Assembly (NCBI GenBank): GCA_036172245.1
Contig: JAYWIR010000013.1
Span: 806,001-870,000 of the forward strand
Source: Raillietiella orientalis
Taxonomy: Eukaryota
DNA length: 64,000 nt
Direction: 5' to 3'
Position 1 is the stretch's first letter, and every line of letters starts with the position of its first letter. Under the pieces are notes generated by a model. That model was not told the DNA's origin. It was given only the letters and a program-made list of their open reading frames with translations, and ran no database searches. Both the position numbers and the translations under genes were made by a program. Positions 13,069 through 25,728 of the stretch are shown here, piece after piece.

Positions 13069-16000
13069 CAATTCTTACGAAAGTGGGTTTTCCACCATAA
13101 TTAAGTGGGTACGTTCTTTGAGCTTCTCCATATAGGAGGCTTATTTTTAAATAAATTGGTCCATATTGACTTTTGACAGCTGAAGCTTCAATATTCAAAG
13201 ATAAAGCATCTAAAAAAAACTATTATGTGTAAATGATACCACTATATCATCAATGATTTGACTTCTTTTGCCAACACTATTGCAAGACATAGTTTCACAA
13301 AAGTAATGTATTGCTATAAAAATACAGATTACATTTTATTAAATGATGACATCCTTTAATAGAACTATCAGATAAAATAATCTTTTAAAGGGACACTTCA
13401 TGCTTTACAGAAGAACTTTTCCAAAATTAATTTGAATTGCTTTCAATATGAACTTTTGGTCTTTCTAACTTGAACTACTCTAACATTTATTTAAAAGAAT
13501 CAGGAAACATTGGAGAAAAAAAAGGAGGAAAATGCAAAATAATTGTTAAGCAGACCAATTTTTTGTTTTTAATGCCAATTAGTAAACAACATCACTAAGT
13601 TTCTCACTTTGCAATATTACTACTAACGTTACCTATTTATATGTAATTCCATAAAATAAATTACTTTATATATTTAAGAAGGTTTCTCTGAAGCTCACAT
13701 AATTTCGCATCTAAAATTAGCGAGCCGTACAAAAGTATTCATTGAGAAACAAGTCTAGCTAATTTGCATAAATACACCATGAACAGAACACACTTCTGTT
13801 CTTTATTCCACAAGAGAGACACAAATGAAAGATATCATTTATAACGTGCATCACATGTCAGCAGAAATACCAAGTTGATCAATGTAGACGTCGAAAAGCA
13901 GGGTGTTTTTCGATAACAAATAAAACCAGTATCGTGAAGGGAAAATCTTTATTTTAAAAATCCAAATGCGCAATTTGCAACTAATAAATATATTGTATAT
14001 CTGTTTGAGAAGTTGTACAGTATTCACGCACACTACTTATAGGTACTCAGGTTCACATATTTTTTTCTTGCTGCACATCCATCATTTCATGGTTTGCATA
14101 TTCATGAAGTTTGCAGCTATTTTAAATTTAATAATCAAATAGCAGGCATCACAAAACTTCACTCTAATGTACACTCAAGTTGAGTATTATGATTTATGAG
14201 GTTTAAGGTTTCTTATAGATAAGTGTATCTTGTAACAGGGACAACGCATAAAAATGTTATCGATTATTTGAACAAATTTCACTATTGGATATTATTGAAT
14301 GATTGTAAAGTGACACTGTTTCAATATAATCCAGATTTTTTTTTCAATAAATTAATTTTTCGTAAATGACAAATGCGTCCAAAAAATTTTAAAATATTCG
14401 ACACACTCTTTTCGATCGTCATTTATTATTTATTTCCATCTATTATGCTCTGATGCAAATTGGAATCACTTTATGATTACTAATTCTCGCTTAAATTAGC
14501 TTTTATCTCGTTTTCATCTTGTTATATAGTACGAAACTCGATAACGTATGAGTTCTCTAGTATTGAAAACAAAATGTAACAAGAACCTAGGTCCTTAAAT
14601 CAAAATTGTATCTCAAAGAGAGGCGTCGAGAAGATAATGAATGGCACAGAGAGTGCCATTAGCATTACTGCTATAGCCAGAACGAAAAATCTTATAAAAT
14701 TATCATCCTCTAAACTTGAAAGTTCCAGTTTATACTGTAAAACAGGGAATTTATTTTTCAGCATTGTGAAAATATAGTCAGCATTATGTATTATCGAGAG
14801 ACAGAAATAAGTAATAACACGAAGAAATCACAGTCCAAAACGATTTGATTCTCAACTTGACTATAGTTGATAATGCGATGGATTAATTTTTTTTTTTTTT
14901 TCTCGTTTTGTTTGTTTGTTTTCAACCTTCCTCGCTTGAAAGATGCATTGCCATTTTAAATATTTGCATTGAGCTTATATAATAAGAACGTGGAAAAAAG
15001 GAAAGGAATACGATAGTTCATTCAGCAATTCAGTTTTTAGAAACAGAAAGGAATGGAAACATCAGAGCATTCAGGGATGCGAATTTTTGGAGCTTCATGG
15101 ATGTGTTGTGTGTGTTTCCCTTTGAAGTCTTCAGGACCCGCATTTAGAATTGGGTTTGCTTGTGCTAAGCCGTCTTAGTGTTCTCCGAATAGAAAAATCT
15201 AGATGCTCTTCCTCGTGCATGAAAATTCAGCTGTAACTGGACATCCTATTCTGAAGTCACAGGGTAGAAAGTTAATAAGTAGGGATGAATTCAACGATTG
15301 GTATTCACCTCATACAGTTAACCCCATTACGTATTCTTCACGACAAACTATGATGGCTTCTATTCTGTGTCCCTCATTTCGTCCTATTAATCCTGGATTA
15401 CTAGTTGGGATTGAAATTCCTCATCTTCAAATAAAAATAGAAAGCACTGTATTGTTTGAAGCAAGATAATATTCCCAAATTCATTAGAGCTGGAGCATCT
15501 TTATTCATCACAGTGTAATTTGCATTTATGTATAAAACCTAGCTGTGTACCCTAGAATGGAAAGGGAAAAATTCGTCGATGATCAGTTAATTAGAATGAC
15601 GTTTCCAATGAATAATATTCGGAATAAAACCATCAAAATAGCTGACTGATAGCAAACCAACTATCTAGAATTGCATGACTGAGGTTTACTGACAAGCACA
15701 TGAGGATTCGATCATAGAGTGATTTACTGAAACCACAAAGAAAACTAATGATATTAAAGCCCATGTTTTCCAGGACGTAACTATGGGAATTTCATATGTG
15801 ATTTTCTTTTGCGTGAAATTCGCGAGGCATCAGAAACGTACAAACCTGAGTACCAGAATTAAACAGTGCAAGCAACACTTGCCAATGCTGTCTACATTGG
15901 TAATGCTGTACAGTTTGGAACACATTTGTTTTGAATAATAAACAAAGTTCATTGTAATATTGTCTTTGATTTCGGAATACTTTAACTGGAAATCTAATAT

Positions 16001-19000
16001 TTAGAGAGAGAATTCCGTCGATCCCCAGTTTCATGCACTCGTCATTTTTTAAATGGTATTTGAACCTTTAGAGTCCAGTTCTTTCTTTTAACAGTTGTTT
16101 GATCTAGTTGCCAAGAGTTTCTTCATTCTTTGTGTAAGCTAAAGCAAAAATGGCAGAAATATGTTTTTTTTTTTTTTAGTTCATTTTAGGTTTTGGAGAA
16201 TCACTGCAGGAAAAGCTAGTTGTGATTTCTTTCATATTCTTGAGCATTTTTTAAAATAAAAAAAAAATAGCAATTATTTTTATGCCTGCTAAGCTTGACA
16301 CTGAAAACCATCTGAGATCGTAATTACCAGGGTCTCACATGTTTCACAAGGAAAGAACATTTTAAGGGTTATAATGAAATCATTTATTCCAATTTGATAT
16401 GGCGTTTACATAGAGCCCGTTCGTTTGCCATCGAAGTGAAAAATAAATAAATAAATAAAGGAAATGCAATCTGGAGCCCCCCCAAAAGACGAGTGGTTGC
16501 ACTGTGTTATAAAAAGCTAACAGATGCGTATATGCAAGTGGTCCTCACGAGCAAGACATGCCCAAGCAAGAAATGGAAGATTCTCTACCCAGAGGATCTA
16601 AATGAATGTTTTAGAGAATGAGAGAATGCTACGTCGGAGCTCTCAGAGACAGTAAAAAATGTCGAGTCAGCAAACAGAACATTTTGTTGTAACCTTAGCT
16701 GTTCCATCCGGATGGGATGATTAAAGAAAAGCTAGTCCGTCCCTTGAAAAAAAAATGAAAAAAATTCCGCCTGTTCCGATATCCGCTTGGATGTGTTCAA
16801 AAGTAAGGCATTCATTTATCTGGTGGCGGTATAGATACAGAGGACACATGGGACCCTCACTTCTGTGGGGAAATGAGTGCGGGATAGAATCTGGAAAGTC
16901 ACGAAAGAGTTCCTCCGCCGTTGCGTAATCTGAGAATCTCTTTCGTCCCGTTTCGAATCGCAATTTCCGGCTCTATGAAGTGACCATCATCCCAGGAGAT
17001 TCCACAGGGGAGAGAGCCAGATTGATTTCCTGATCGCCGCACTTCGCTGTTACAGATGAAGATCAGCAAAGAGACCGACGCCGCCTCGCAAGCGTTCGCC
17101 CGGCTCGTCGCCAGCAAGCCGGCAGATTCGCAAGCGTTGGCTTGACCAAGGGACAAGATGACTCCGAAGGTGGTTTGTGCACTGCCCAGTCCTTCCCATG
17201 CTATCACTTCGGATGCGGCGTTCTCGGTCAGCTTTCGATCGAGGAAAACAACGCCAAGTCATTAAAAATCATTTTCTAGCTTTTTTTTCTTTCTTTCTTT
17301 CTTTCCTTTCTTGTTTTCCTGCAAACAAGGGAGCATTCGCCTGCCCCACCTCCACCTGGGGGACTGATGATCGGAGGGGCCGCACGCAAATAGGCGGCCA
17401 CGAAGCTGGAAACCCAACTGATGGGAATCCCATGTGCACACGCATCCCGTCCAGGTAGGTCCCTACATTTGCCGTTCAATATGTACGCCGGCGCACATCT
17501 CTTCCGTATACATGACGCGTGCGTTACTTTTTTTGTGTACGTAGTAGCCGGAAGCTCACAGGGCACGCGCCTCGCCTTTACAAAAACTGAAGCCGCGGCT
17601 TACGACATGCGATGAATCCTGGTCAGGTGCACAGTACAGATCGTATCCGAACCCTTTGAAGGCTGCCTTCAACCGCTTTTTGGGTGGGGCTGGGACTAGA
17701 AACATTTAGGAACACCATCCGGGAGGAACGCGCCGTTTCCCGATTTCCTTCGTCAGGTTGGGAACTCGGAGGGGGGAAATCCCCAGTCTTCTCGGCAAGA
17801 CCGCCCACTTTTCCCGGGAACCTAAGATGACCCGTTTTCGGGAGTGGAACAGACAAACTGCAACCTTGCATCTTCGTCGAGGTCGAGGGCCGCTTCCCGG
17901 ACCGGACGTCTCCAGGAAGGAAGCGTCTCCCCCCGGTGCGCGAGCCCACTCTCTTTTTGACGTGCGGGTTGTACACTGCTGGTGTGCATGGCCGGTGCTA
18001 CTTTAGGGCTGCGTTTCCGGTGGCCTTGCAACCCATGTGGGAGCGTACCCTGTGACTTTGGACGTGCCTGCAGATTTGCAGCTCGCCACCCCCGCCCGAA
18101 TCCACAGCCGCGCTGGATAGCCAGGTGCGGACACGTAAGATGATGCGACCGGGAGGTCATCTTCTGCCGACGGGAGGGTCACTTAGGAAAGGTCGGGTTT
18201 TCACAAAGAAGCGCGGCGTCCCGGAACATTGCATCTTCGGGAAGGTCCCGCTTACCCTTCTTGCTGCCTGGACCGTCCCGCCGCCCAGAAGTCACGACCC
18301 AGTGTCACTTCCCCCGAGCGTATGTCTTCCGAGGCTTCCGTTCCCCAGACCCGTGGGGTCTCTCCCTTCCTCTCATCTGGTTCTCCCCGGAGGATTGCTT
18401 TCCTTCTGGAACTAGGAGGCGCTTCTCCCATGGGGGATGGAAGGGAAACTACCCGAAAGGGAGCGTCCGAGGGCTCCTCTCGGGAGAGTCTTCTCTTCAC
18501 GGAAAGTCTCAGAAAGGCTGCTGCTGTTGCAGCCTCGTCGTGTTCCCTATCCGAGCCATGAACCTTATCGTGCACCAGGGAGAGGGTGGACGCACTGGAA
18601 ACGTCCTGGGAGCGGGTGGCCGCTCCCTGAAAAGCCTCAGGTCCGAGGCATCGGCAGCAGAACACGCGGATCGGTTCGTCCATGGAACAGGCAGGGGAAG
18701 GGGGGAGGAAGCGAGTCGGCTCCCTTGCCGGTCCCTCCGTCGCGGCTGCTCTTGCCGCTAATACTCCCCAAGCGTGCGGTCGTGCCACTTTCCCTTTCCT
18801 GCCCCATTCACGCCGAGGCTGTCCCCACGCGGCGGCCGACCGAACCAACCCACAATTCTCATCAATCCAATGCCCAGGAGGTTGGCCTCCCCCTTCCCCA
18901 CCTCCCCTCGTTCCTCTCCCGTAGGGAGCACCTGTCGCCGCTCTCTTGGCTCCTGCCTGCCTTCATTCCTTCCGAGGGATGCGAGCGCGCGATTTGGGAT

Positions 19001-19421
19001 CGCCGGAAGAAGAGAGGCGAGCGGGCGGAGAGGGGCAAACGGCGGAAGTTCCACGACGAGGCTGACCGCTTCGCAGAGCAGCGTAGATAACCGTGGAAAC
19101 AGCCCTGGGACGGAGTCTATGCGCCGGCCGTCGTCAGGAGGCGCCGGAAGCGCTCCAAGGTCACGGAGAAGCCAAGAACGGGCCCCCCGTGAGGGAACGC
19201 GAAGGGCATGTGCGACCTACGGGCGAAAGGAGCAGCCGCGCAGCCTCAAGTCCCTGAAGGAAGCAGGGGGCAGAGTGATGGAGGACCCCGGAGGCCCACC
19301 ACGTGACGTCAGGTCTCACTCGATGGAACGGCTCGACGGGTGAGGGAACTCCAGAAACCCGCGTGCTGCCTCTGCCAGCTGGAAAGCCGCCCTTCCGCCC
19401 GCCGCACACGTGCGCGCGCGC

Positions 19422-19457
19422 GCTCCTGCACCGGTCGCGTGCGAGCGGTGCAGGAGC
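19422..19457. repeat. Inverted repeat, 12-bp perfect arms plus inner stem
   Basis: GCTCCTGCACCG-GTCGCGTGCGAG-CGGTGCAGGAGC. Confidence 0.9.
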
Positions 19458-21548
19458 CTCCAGTTGAGCTGCGCAGACCGGCGAGAACGAGAGATTCCTC
19501 CTCCTCCATCACCTTCCGGGAATGCCTTTGGGCTGTCCTGGATTCATGATGGAGAAGCGACGGCGAGGATTCTCTTCCAGGACGAGAATGCGGCCCGTGA
19601 GCGGCGGCGGCTCCCTCCCTCTCCCGGGCCCTACGGAGGAAGTCGAAGTCAGGCTGGAGCCGAGGCCTGTTGCAATGGCCTCCTCCTCCCCCACCTCCTA
19701 CTCCGTTGCGTCTCGCCGTCTGCCCCATGGGGTCACGAGTCCCTCCTCCGACCCCTCTCCCACAGGCGGGGCAGGGAGGGGGAGGGGACGGGAGAGGAAG
19801 ACGCGCGCCTCCACGGATACTGAGGGACGGAGACCTCCCGGAATTCCCTCAGTGAGAGGAGAAGACCTTCCGGGACCACCACGGGGGAGGGGAGTGAGAA
19901 GAAAGGGCAAAGGCCCCACGTCTATACCTACCCTTACCATCCCCTTCCTCCTCTTCGGGAGCCTCCCTTCGAAGCCGAAGCCTTCTCAGGAACCCCTGGC
20001 TCGTCCTCGCGCGCCCCAGCGCCGGGACCGTCGTTCCTGAGGTTCCTCCTCCACGAAAGCTGTGGGGGGAAAGAGGGAAAGGGGGGAGTGCAGCCCCTGC
20101 TGCAGCCGGCCTCCTCCCCTCCCTCCTCCTCCTCCTCCCTTCCCGCTTCCCGCGGTCTCCCGCCCTTTCCCGGCTTCCCCCCCCCCCTGCCCCCCTTAGG
20201 GGGGCCGCGAGATCCGTCTTCGCTCCTTTCCACGCCCTCGAGTTGTGACGGGGCCCTCCTTCCCCGATGGGATGCAAGGGTGCCATCCGCTTCCCCTCCA
20301 CCCCACCGCGGGTCGCTTCTTCGTTCCGGATGCTCCCCCTGCTCCCGGACGCTTCCCTCACGCGGAAGGAGATGGAAGGGAAGGTGCCTGCTCGGAGCGT
20401 CTTCAAGAATTCCGAAAATTCTCGATGAGAGGAGAAGGGAGAGAGGAGGGGGGGAGGGAAGGTACTCTTTGCCGTCCCGCCCCTATCCGCCTTTTCAGGA
20501 CTCATCTCCCCCTTTTTCCTCTCCCCCGGGAAAGCCTCTCCGCGACGGGGTCAGGGGGAAGACAGGCGTGGGAGAGGAGGACTCGTCTCCACTTCAATCT
20601 CCTCCTCCCCCTCTCCTTCCCCTCGTCCTCCCCCATGCGAGCCCAGCCGGCCCTTTGTCTCCCAGAGGGCGGGGGAGCTTCGGAGCGATTCCTCGAGAGA
20701 GACATCCGGGAAAGCCGGCGGTGGGAGAGGGGAGGAAGGGGCGAGGGCAACAGGAGGATTGCAAGAAAACGCACTTACCGCCAGTGGGGAGTAGGGCTTG
20801 CCCCACGGCTCGCGTGCTCCAGCGAAGAGCGGGGCGGTGGGAAGGAGAGGGCCGACGCGCGCCGTTCTGCCCCCGGCGGCGGCCCCTGGCCCCGGCTCGT
20901 GCGGCGGCGGCGCACCGTTGCCATGGAGTGCCTCCTTGCCGTCGGGAGGGAGGATCGAGACCGCTCGCGCGCGCGCCCTTGGTGACGCTCACGGGCGCAC
21001 GCGCCCGGGATGCGCTGCCACCGCGGTGAGCGCGTGCGGGAGCCGAGCACCCCTCGCCGGGCACTAAGGGCCTGAGGGAAGGTAGGAGGACATCCCCGCG
21101 GCTTTTCCCCGCCCTCCCCCCTCCGTCCTCGACAGGGAAGGAGGGAAGGAGAAGATGATCTCCCCCGCGCCATGCCGAGCGCTGTCCCAAGAGGGTCTCG
21201 CCCACAGATAGGGAGCGCACCCTTTCCAAGACGAACCTCGCCCGGCGGTCACCTCGACGGCGGGCTTTGGCAGGATTTCTGTCGCGCGGCGCCCCGTGCC
21301 GCCGCTCCGGAAGAGGGGAGCAGCCGCTGGGTGAACGGGTGCGCGCATGCTCGCGTGTGAGAAAGGAGCGGACAGGCGCATGTGACTTCCCCTCCCCTCC
21401 CCCCCCTATTCCTACTCCTTCCTTGAGCGCGCGGACCGTCCGTGCTTCCATCCATCCGTTCCTGACGCTTTCCTGTCGTTGTGCTCTTCCCGGAAGAGGG
21501 AAGGAGACCTTGCTATTCTGTTGTTGAGGGGGAGGAGGGGGGAATTGG

Positions 21549-21571
21549 GAGAGAGAGAGAGAGAGAGAGAG
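21549..21571. repeat. (GA)n microsatellite
   Basis: Directly visible GAGAGA run. Confidence 0.9.
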
Positions 21572-24500
21572 TTTTTGAGACTTTCGCTTGATGATAATCC
21601 GCCGCAGCCTCACCTGATGACTGGAGCAGTGAGATTGGAGGACCATCTTGCGATGCGGAAGATAAATAAATAAACAGGTAAACATTTTTTTCGCACCCAG
21701 GCGCACGCACGCTTTTTCCGAAAGGGAAATGGCGGTCTCCATTGTTGCCAAGGTTGCCCGTCGCGAGCGCCAAAATCTCAGGCTTGGCGTCCTGCTCCAG
21801 AGTGCGCTCTGGCACTCTCGTCATTCTCAATGACATAATGATATCTTCCTTTATTTTCCACTAATGAAAATGAGGAATCCCTTTCTAGAGCATGAAACAC
21901 CGTTACCCGGGAGTGAGAGGATGGGGATCCAAGCGCGATATCTGAGACTACACGTGCGCGCACACACATATGTATATGTATATATGTATATACATCCATT
22001 ATATGCATGCACAGATGCTTTAATCGACGAAAACTCTCTCACCAAGGTTCGCATGGAAGATGCGGGCGAAGGCATTTATTCTACATGTCTCAAGAAACTC
22101 TCCCAACGTCACCTGATAACTCCCATAGCAGTAACGCAATCACAGTTACATCACTCACCCCAATTTTGAATGGTGATGTATTCAGAATCCATTCTGCAAA
22201 TCGGTCCTGCGTGATTTGGAGGTATTGATAAGGAACGATAGCATGATATCAACAAATGAAAATTCACTCTCTGAAAATGAAATTCCCGATGCACTAAATC
22301 ACGAACGTGATAATGTGGTTTCAAGGTAAAACAACTCAATTACACATTAAGTACAGTATTCCGAAGACCTAAAAATAGCAGCCAGTACACAACTAAACAT
22401 TTAAAAATAGCCTGGCAGCTAATAAATCTAAGAATAGTAAGAGAAGGAGTGATAAGTTCAACATCAGTAGGAATCGGTTGCTAACGATTAAGAGTTGATC
22501 GAAAGCGTCCTCGACACGAGCAGCCTGCTTTCTGAACCCCTTGAGATCTTTCGTGGGGAGTAAACCCGTGGTGGGTCCCGTGTCCTGCAATCATCCATCT
22601 TGTCCTGTTGCTCCCTCCGTATTCACAAAACTGCCACTCCTCGTGACAAGACCACTACTACTTTGCCGGAGCAGCCCCGTTAAGTGAATGCGAAGAAAGT
22701 TCCGTGGGACTGCAGTGGACTGCAGCCAGCTGACCTCTACAGCAAAATTCGGCTTCGCCACGCTGCTCCATTTCCACGAATCTTAGCTCAGCCGCTATTT
22801 CGTTTATTTTTCCCCTCTCTTTTGCTTTTTTGATCATTGGGTATCGTACCGAATGCATCCCACGTTTACGATGAAAGTGATTTTCTGTCTTTCTTTTTTT
22901 TAAAAAAAAAGACATCAGGGAACTTGGAGTGCTTCCTCCCGCATGTGTTCGGAGCTTTTCAAAAAATGAAGCAGCAGCCGTTTGGCTGATGCGGACGGAA
23001 GGCATCCACTCTCCCGTCATCTGTATTCATAGCTTTTTACAAGACTGCAGCAAGACCGGAGAAAAGAAGAGCAGACTTCTGAAGAGTCGATGGCATTCGG
23101 ATCGTCGCGTAGATCACGCTGAGGATCAAGGAAGATTTCATTCAGAGCTCTCGGTGAATTGCAGGTGGAGCGTATGAGTGTAACGAGAAGGCTTGTAACC
23201 ATAGTGACTGGGGTTTATCTCTCTCTCTCTCTAGCTTTTTTTTTAAATGCACCTCACAGTATATGGCGCAAACGGGAAAAAATTGCTAGCAGGGAAAAAT
23301 CGAGAACCCCTTTGGGAAAATAGAAGAAATGTTCCATGTGTGTGTGTTTTCGAGAAAGAAGAAAAAGCTGGTAGATCCGTTCATCCAATTGGGCAATGCC
23401 CGAAATAGTTGATGGACATAAACACCGAATGCATGCTTGACGATACATATTCACTGTATAGGTTACGCTGAGAATATACATTAGCATTCATTATCGTTTG
23501 TTTATACGTGATGGTCAGTAATGAATGGAAGGCAGGGGTTGTACATTTGCATGCGGATACGGGGATGGCGAGTTGCAAGGAGGGGGGGACACCTGCAGGG
23601 AATGAAAGGTGCCTTCGAGCGATGACAGAGGCAACAGGACGCCGGCAGCTAATGAGAACGAGCAGCGAAGACTGGTGGTTCCGGGAGACTGGGAAGAAAC
23701 GGCGACCCACTTGAGCCGGCGGGGGCTGCGTTCGATGTATGTCATTCCCCGTCGGGGACGCGTGCCGTCATGACCGCCATTTCGACGCTCGCTGGTACGG
23801 CAGGTTCGGAAGGCCTCGCTGACAGGACGCCTTTGGCCATTCCAGAACCTCCTACCACAGCTTTCCCGGAGAAGAACTCCAGCGGCTTCCTCCCCCCCCT
23901 TCCCTCCCTTCCTTCGGAATTCCCCTGGAAGGGGAGGGTCCTCTTGCGCAAGAGAGCCGCCGGAAGCGAGGGAGGGAGGGAGGGAGCAGAGTTTTTTTTG
24001 GCTCTTCCGCTCCTGCGGAGAAAGAGCCGACGGCTATCAGGACCTGCACGGGAGGAGCAAGGGGAGGGGGAAGGGGCAAGCTGATCTTTTAGATTTCCTT
24101 GTCGCTCCGTGACGCGAGGCCTCTGGAGCTAGCTGACTTCCGCATCCGAGCCTTCCTACCGTCATCCCGTTTCGACCTCCTGCGTGACTGCAGCAGCGCC
24201 CTGGGAACACGCGGGCGAGTGGGTGGTGGCGCTGCTCCCTCCCTCTGGGACCACTCTTCTTCCTCCAGCAGCAAATCGCCAAGAAACGTTCAGCCCTCTC
24301 TCTCCTTCTCTTCACCCGAGGGAGGACGTTTGAAGATGGTGTTCGCGGAGTTCTCGGGGAAACAATCGTGTTTCCGGAGCCGGGCAGGAAAAGGTGGCGG
24401 AGGAGGGGACAGCTCGGGAAGAAGTTCCTCCGGAGAGAAGGTCCCGCCATCACGTGACGCGTGTCACCTCAGGCGCATGGCGTCGACATGCTACGGCCGA

Positions 24501-25602
24501 GGAGCCGGGTCCGGAAGATAAGGGGATCGGGAGATATCTCAGGAGACGTTCGGGAGCTCCGTGGGTCCGTTCGTTTCGAAAGGCCCGTCCTTCCGGAGGC
24601 GCTCCGCGTGGCGAGGCCGTCGCGGAGAGGGGGAGAGAGGAGGAGGAAGAAAGGTGGGAGGAGAGGGGAACTACTTCTTCCAGGGTCCCGCAATCACCCC
24701 CCCGTCTTCCTTGGGCGCTCGCGAATCTCCCGGGCTCCCTGTCTGCTCCGCGGAATGAAAGCGAGGGCACCAAGAAGCGACTAGGAGGCGCCTCCTTCGG
24801 GGCAGGAGCGAAGCGTCCCGATCAGAGTCTCGCCGATGGGAAGGCAGCCCCTGCTTCGAACCGGAACCGGCGGTACGAGAGTGCCTGGAGAACGCCTCCC
24901 AGTGCAGCCGCTTGCCCGTAAATAAATAAATAAATAGAGAGCGGTCGAGTCCACGGCCGCACTGGAAGGGAACTGGCCGGTCCGGTCGGATGAGGGCGTC
25001 CGAGTGGAGTGGAGGAAATGAGACTAGAAGGCTCGCTGCACCCACAAGCAAAATCTGCCGGGACGCGGCAGGTTCCGCCCCTGGTGGGCACGGAGCGTAG
25101 CACACTCGGTCGCGTAGCCTCTCCTTCCCCTCTAGCATTTCCCTCGCCCTCCCGCCGTCGCAAACGTTCCGGAAAGCTGGAAGAGCGCGGAACGCCCTGT
25201 CATCGTCACCTTGCGTGTTTGGGTGTCACAGTCGGCCTCCCCGCCCCACATCGCAGGGCCGCTTATTAAAAGTAATGAATGAAATGAACTCTGATGTAGT
25301 CAAAGGGGGCCGGGAGGGACGACCTGGATCGAAGGGAACGACCCCAGATGGGGGCAGAATCAGGGGGGGCCAAGAAGCAGAGAAACAAGGAACAAATGCG
25401 TGGAAATGAGATGGACCGGCCTCACGGCGATGAGCGCGATTCGAAACAGCTCTCCAGCGGGCGAGCACTCCCTTCCAGCAAGTGCGCCCAAGGGCATCCG
25501 CGCGAAGGCGGCAGATCACGAAATTTCGCCATCCAATCGACACAGAGAGAACCGGGCGGGCACGGGAGGTGACAGCCCTCAGCGCTCCGGGCCGCGTCTC
25601 GC

Positions 25603-25728
25603 AAGGGGAAAAGAGGAAGAGAAGGAAGAGGACGAGGAGGAATGGAGGAGGAGGAGGAGGAAAAGGAAGAAGTGAGGAGGAGGAGGAAGAGGAAGAAGTG
25701 AGGAAGGGAGGGAAGAGGAAGAGGAGGG
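25603..25728. repeat. Polypurine (GAG/GAA)n low-complexity tract
   Basis: About 125 nt of almost pure G/A triplet repeats on the + strand. Confidence 0.9.

Larger units (their letters stand above)
17600..24400 (-). mobile_element. Second decayed Tx1/L1-type LINE (copy B), interrupted at about 21550-23520
   Basis: ORF1-like SH*LPASCCLCHRS (~23640) resembles the copy A knuckle. RT-like remnants VLPTGEERGEVGKGEANLLGIGLMRI (~18900) and SVKRRLSREEPSDAPFRVVSLPSP (~18470, GVRQGxPLS-like). Same GC-rich composition. Confidence 0.4.

Noticed and set aside
17357..17432. Hammerhead-ribozyme-like layout (GGGA-CTGATGA..GAAA-CCCA..TGGG-AA-TCCC)
   Set aside because: The invariant U of the NUH cleavage triplet is missing and stem II does not close next to the core; likely chance. 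An Infernal search would settle it.
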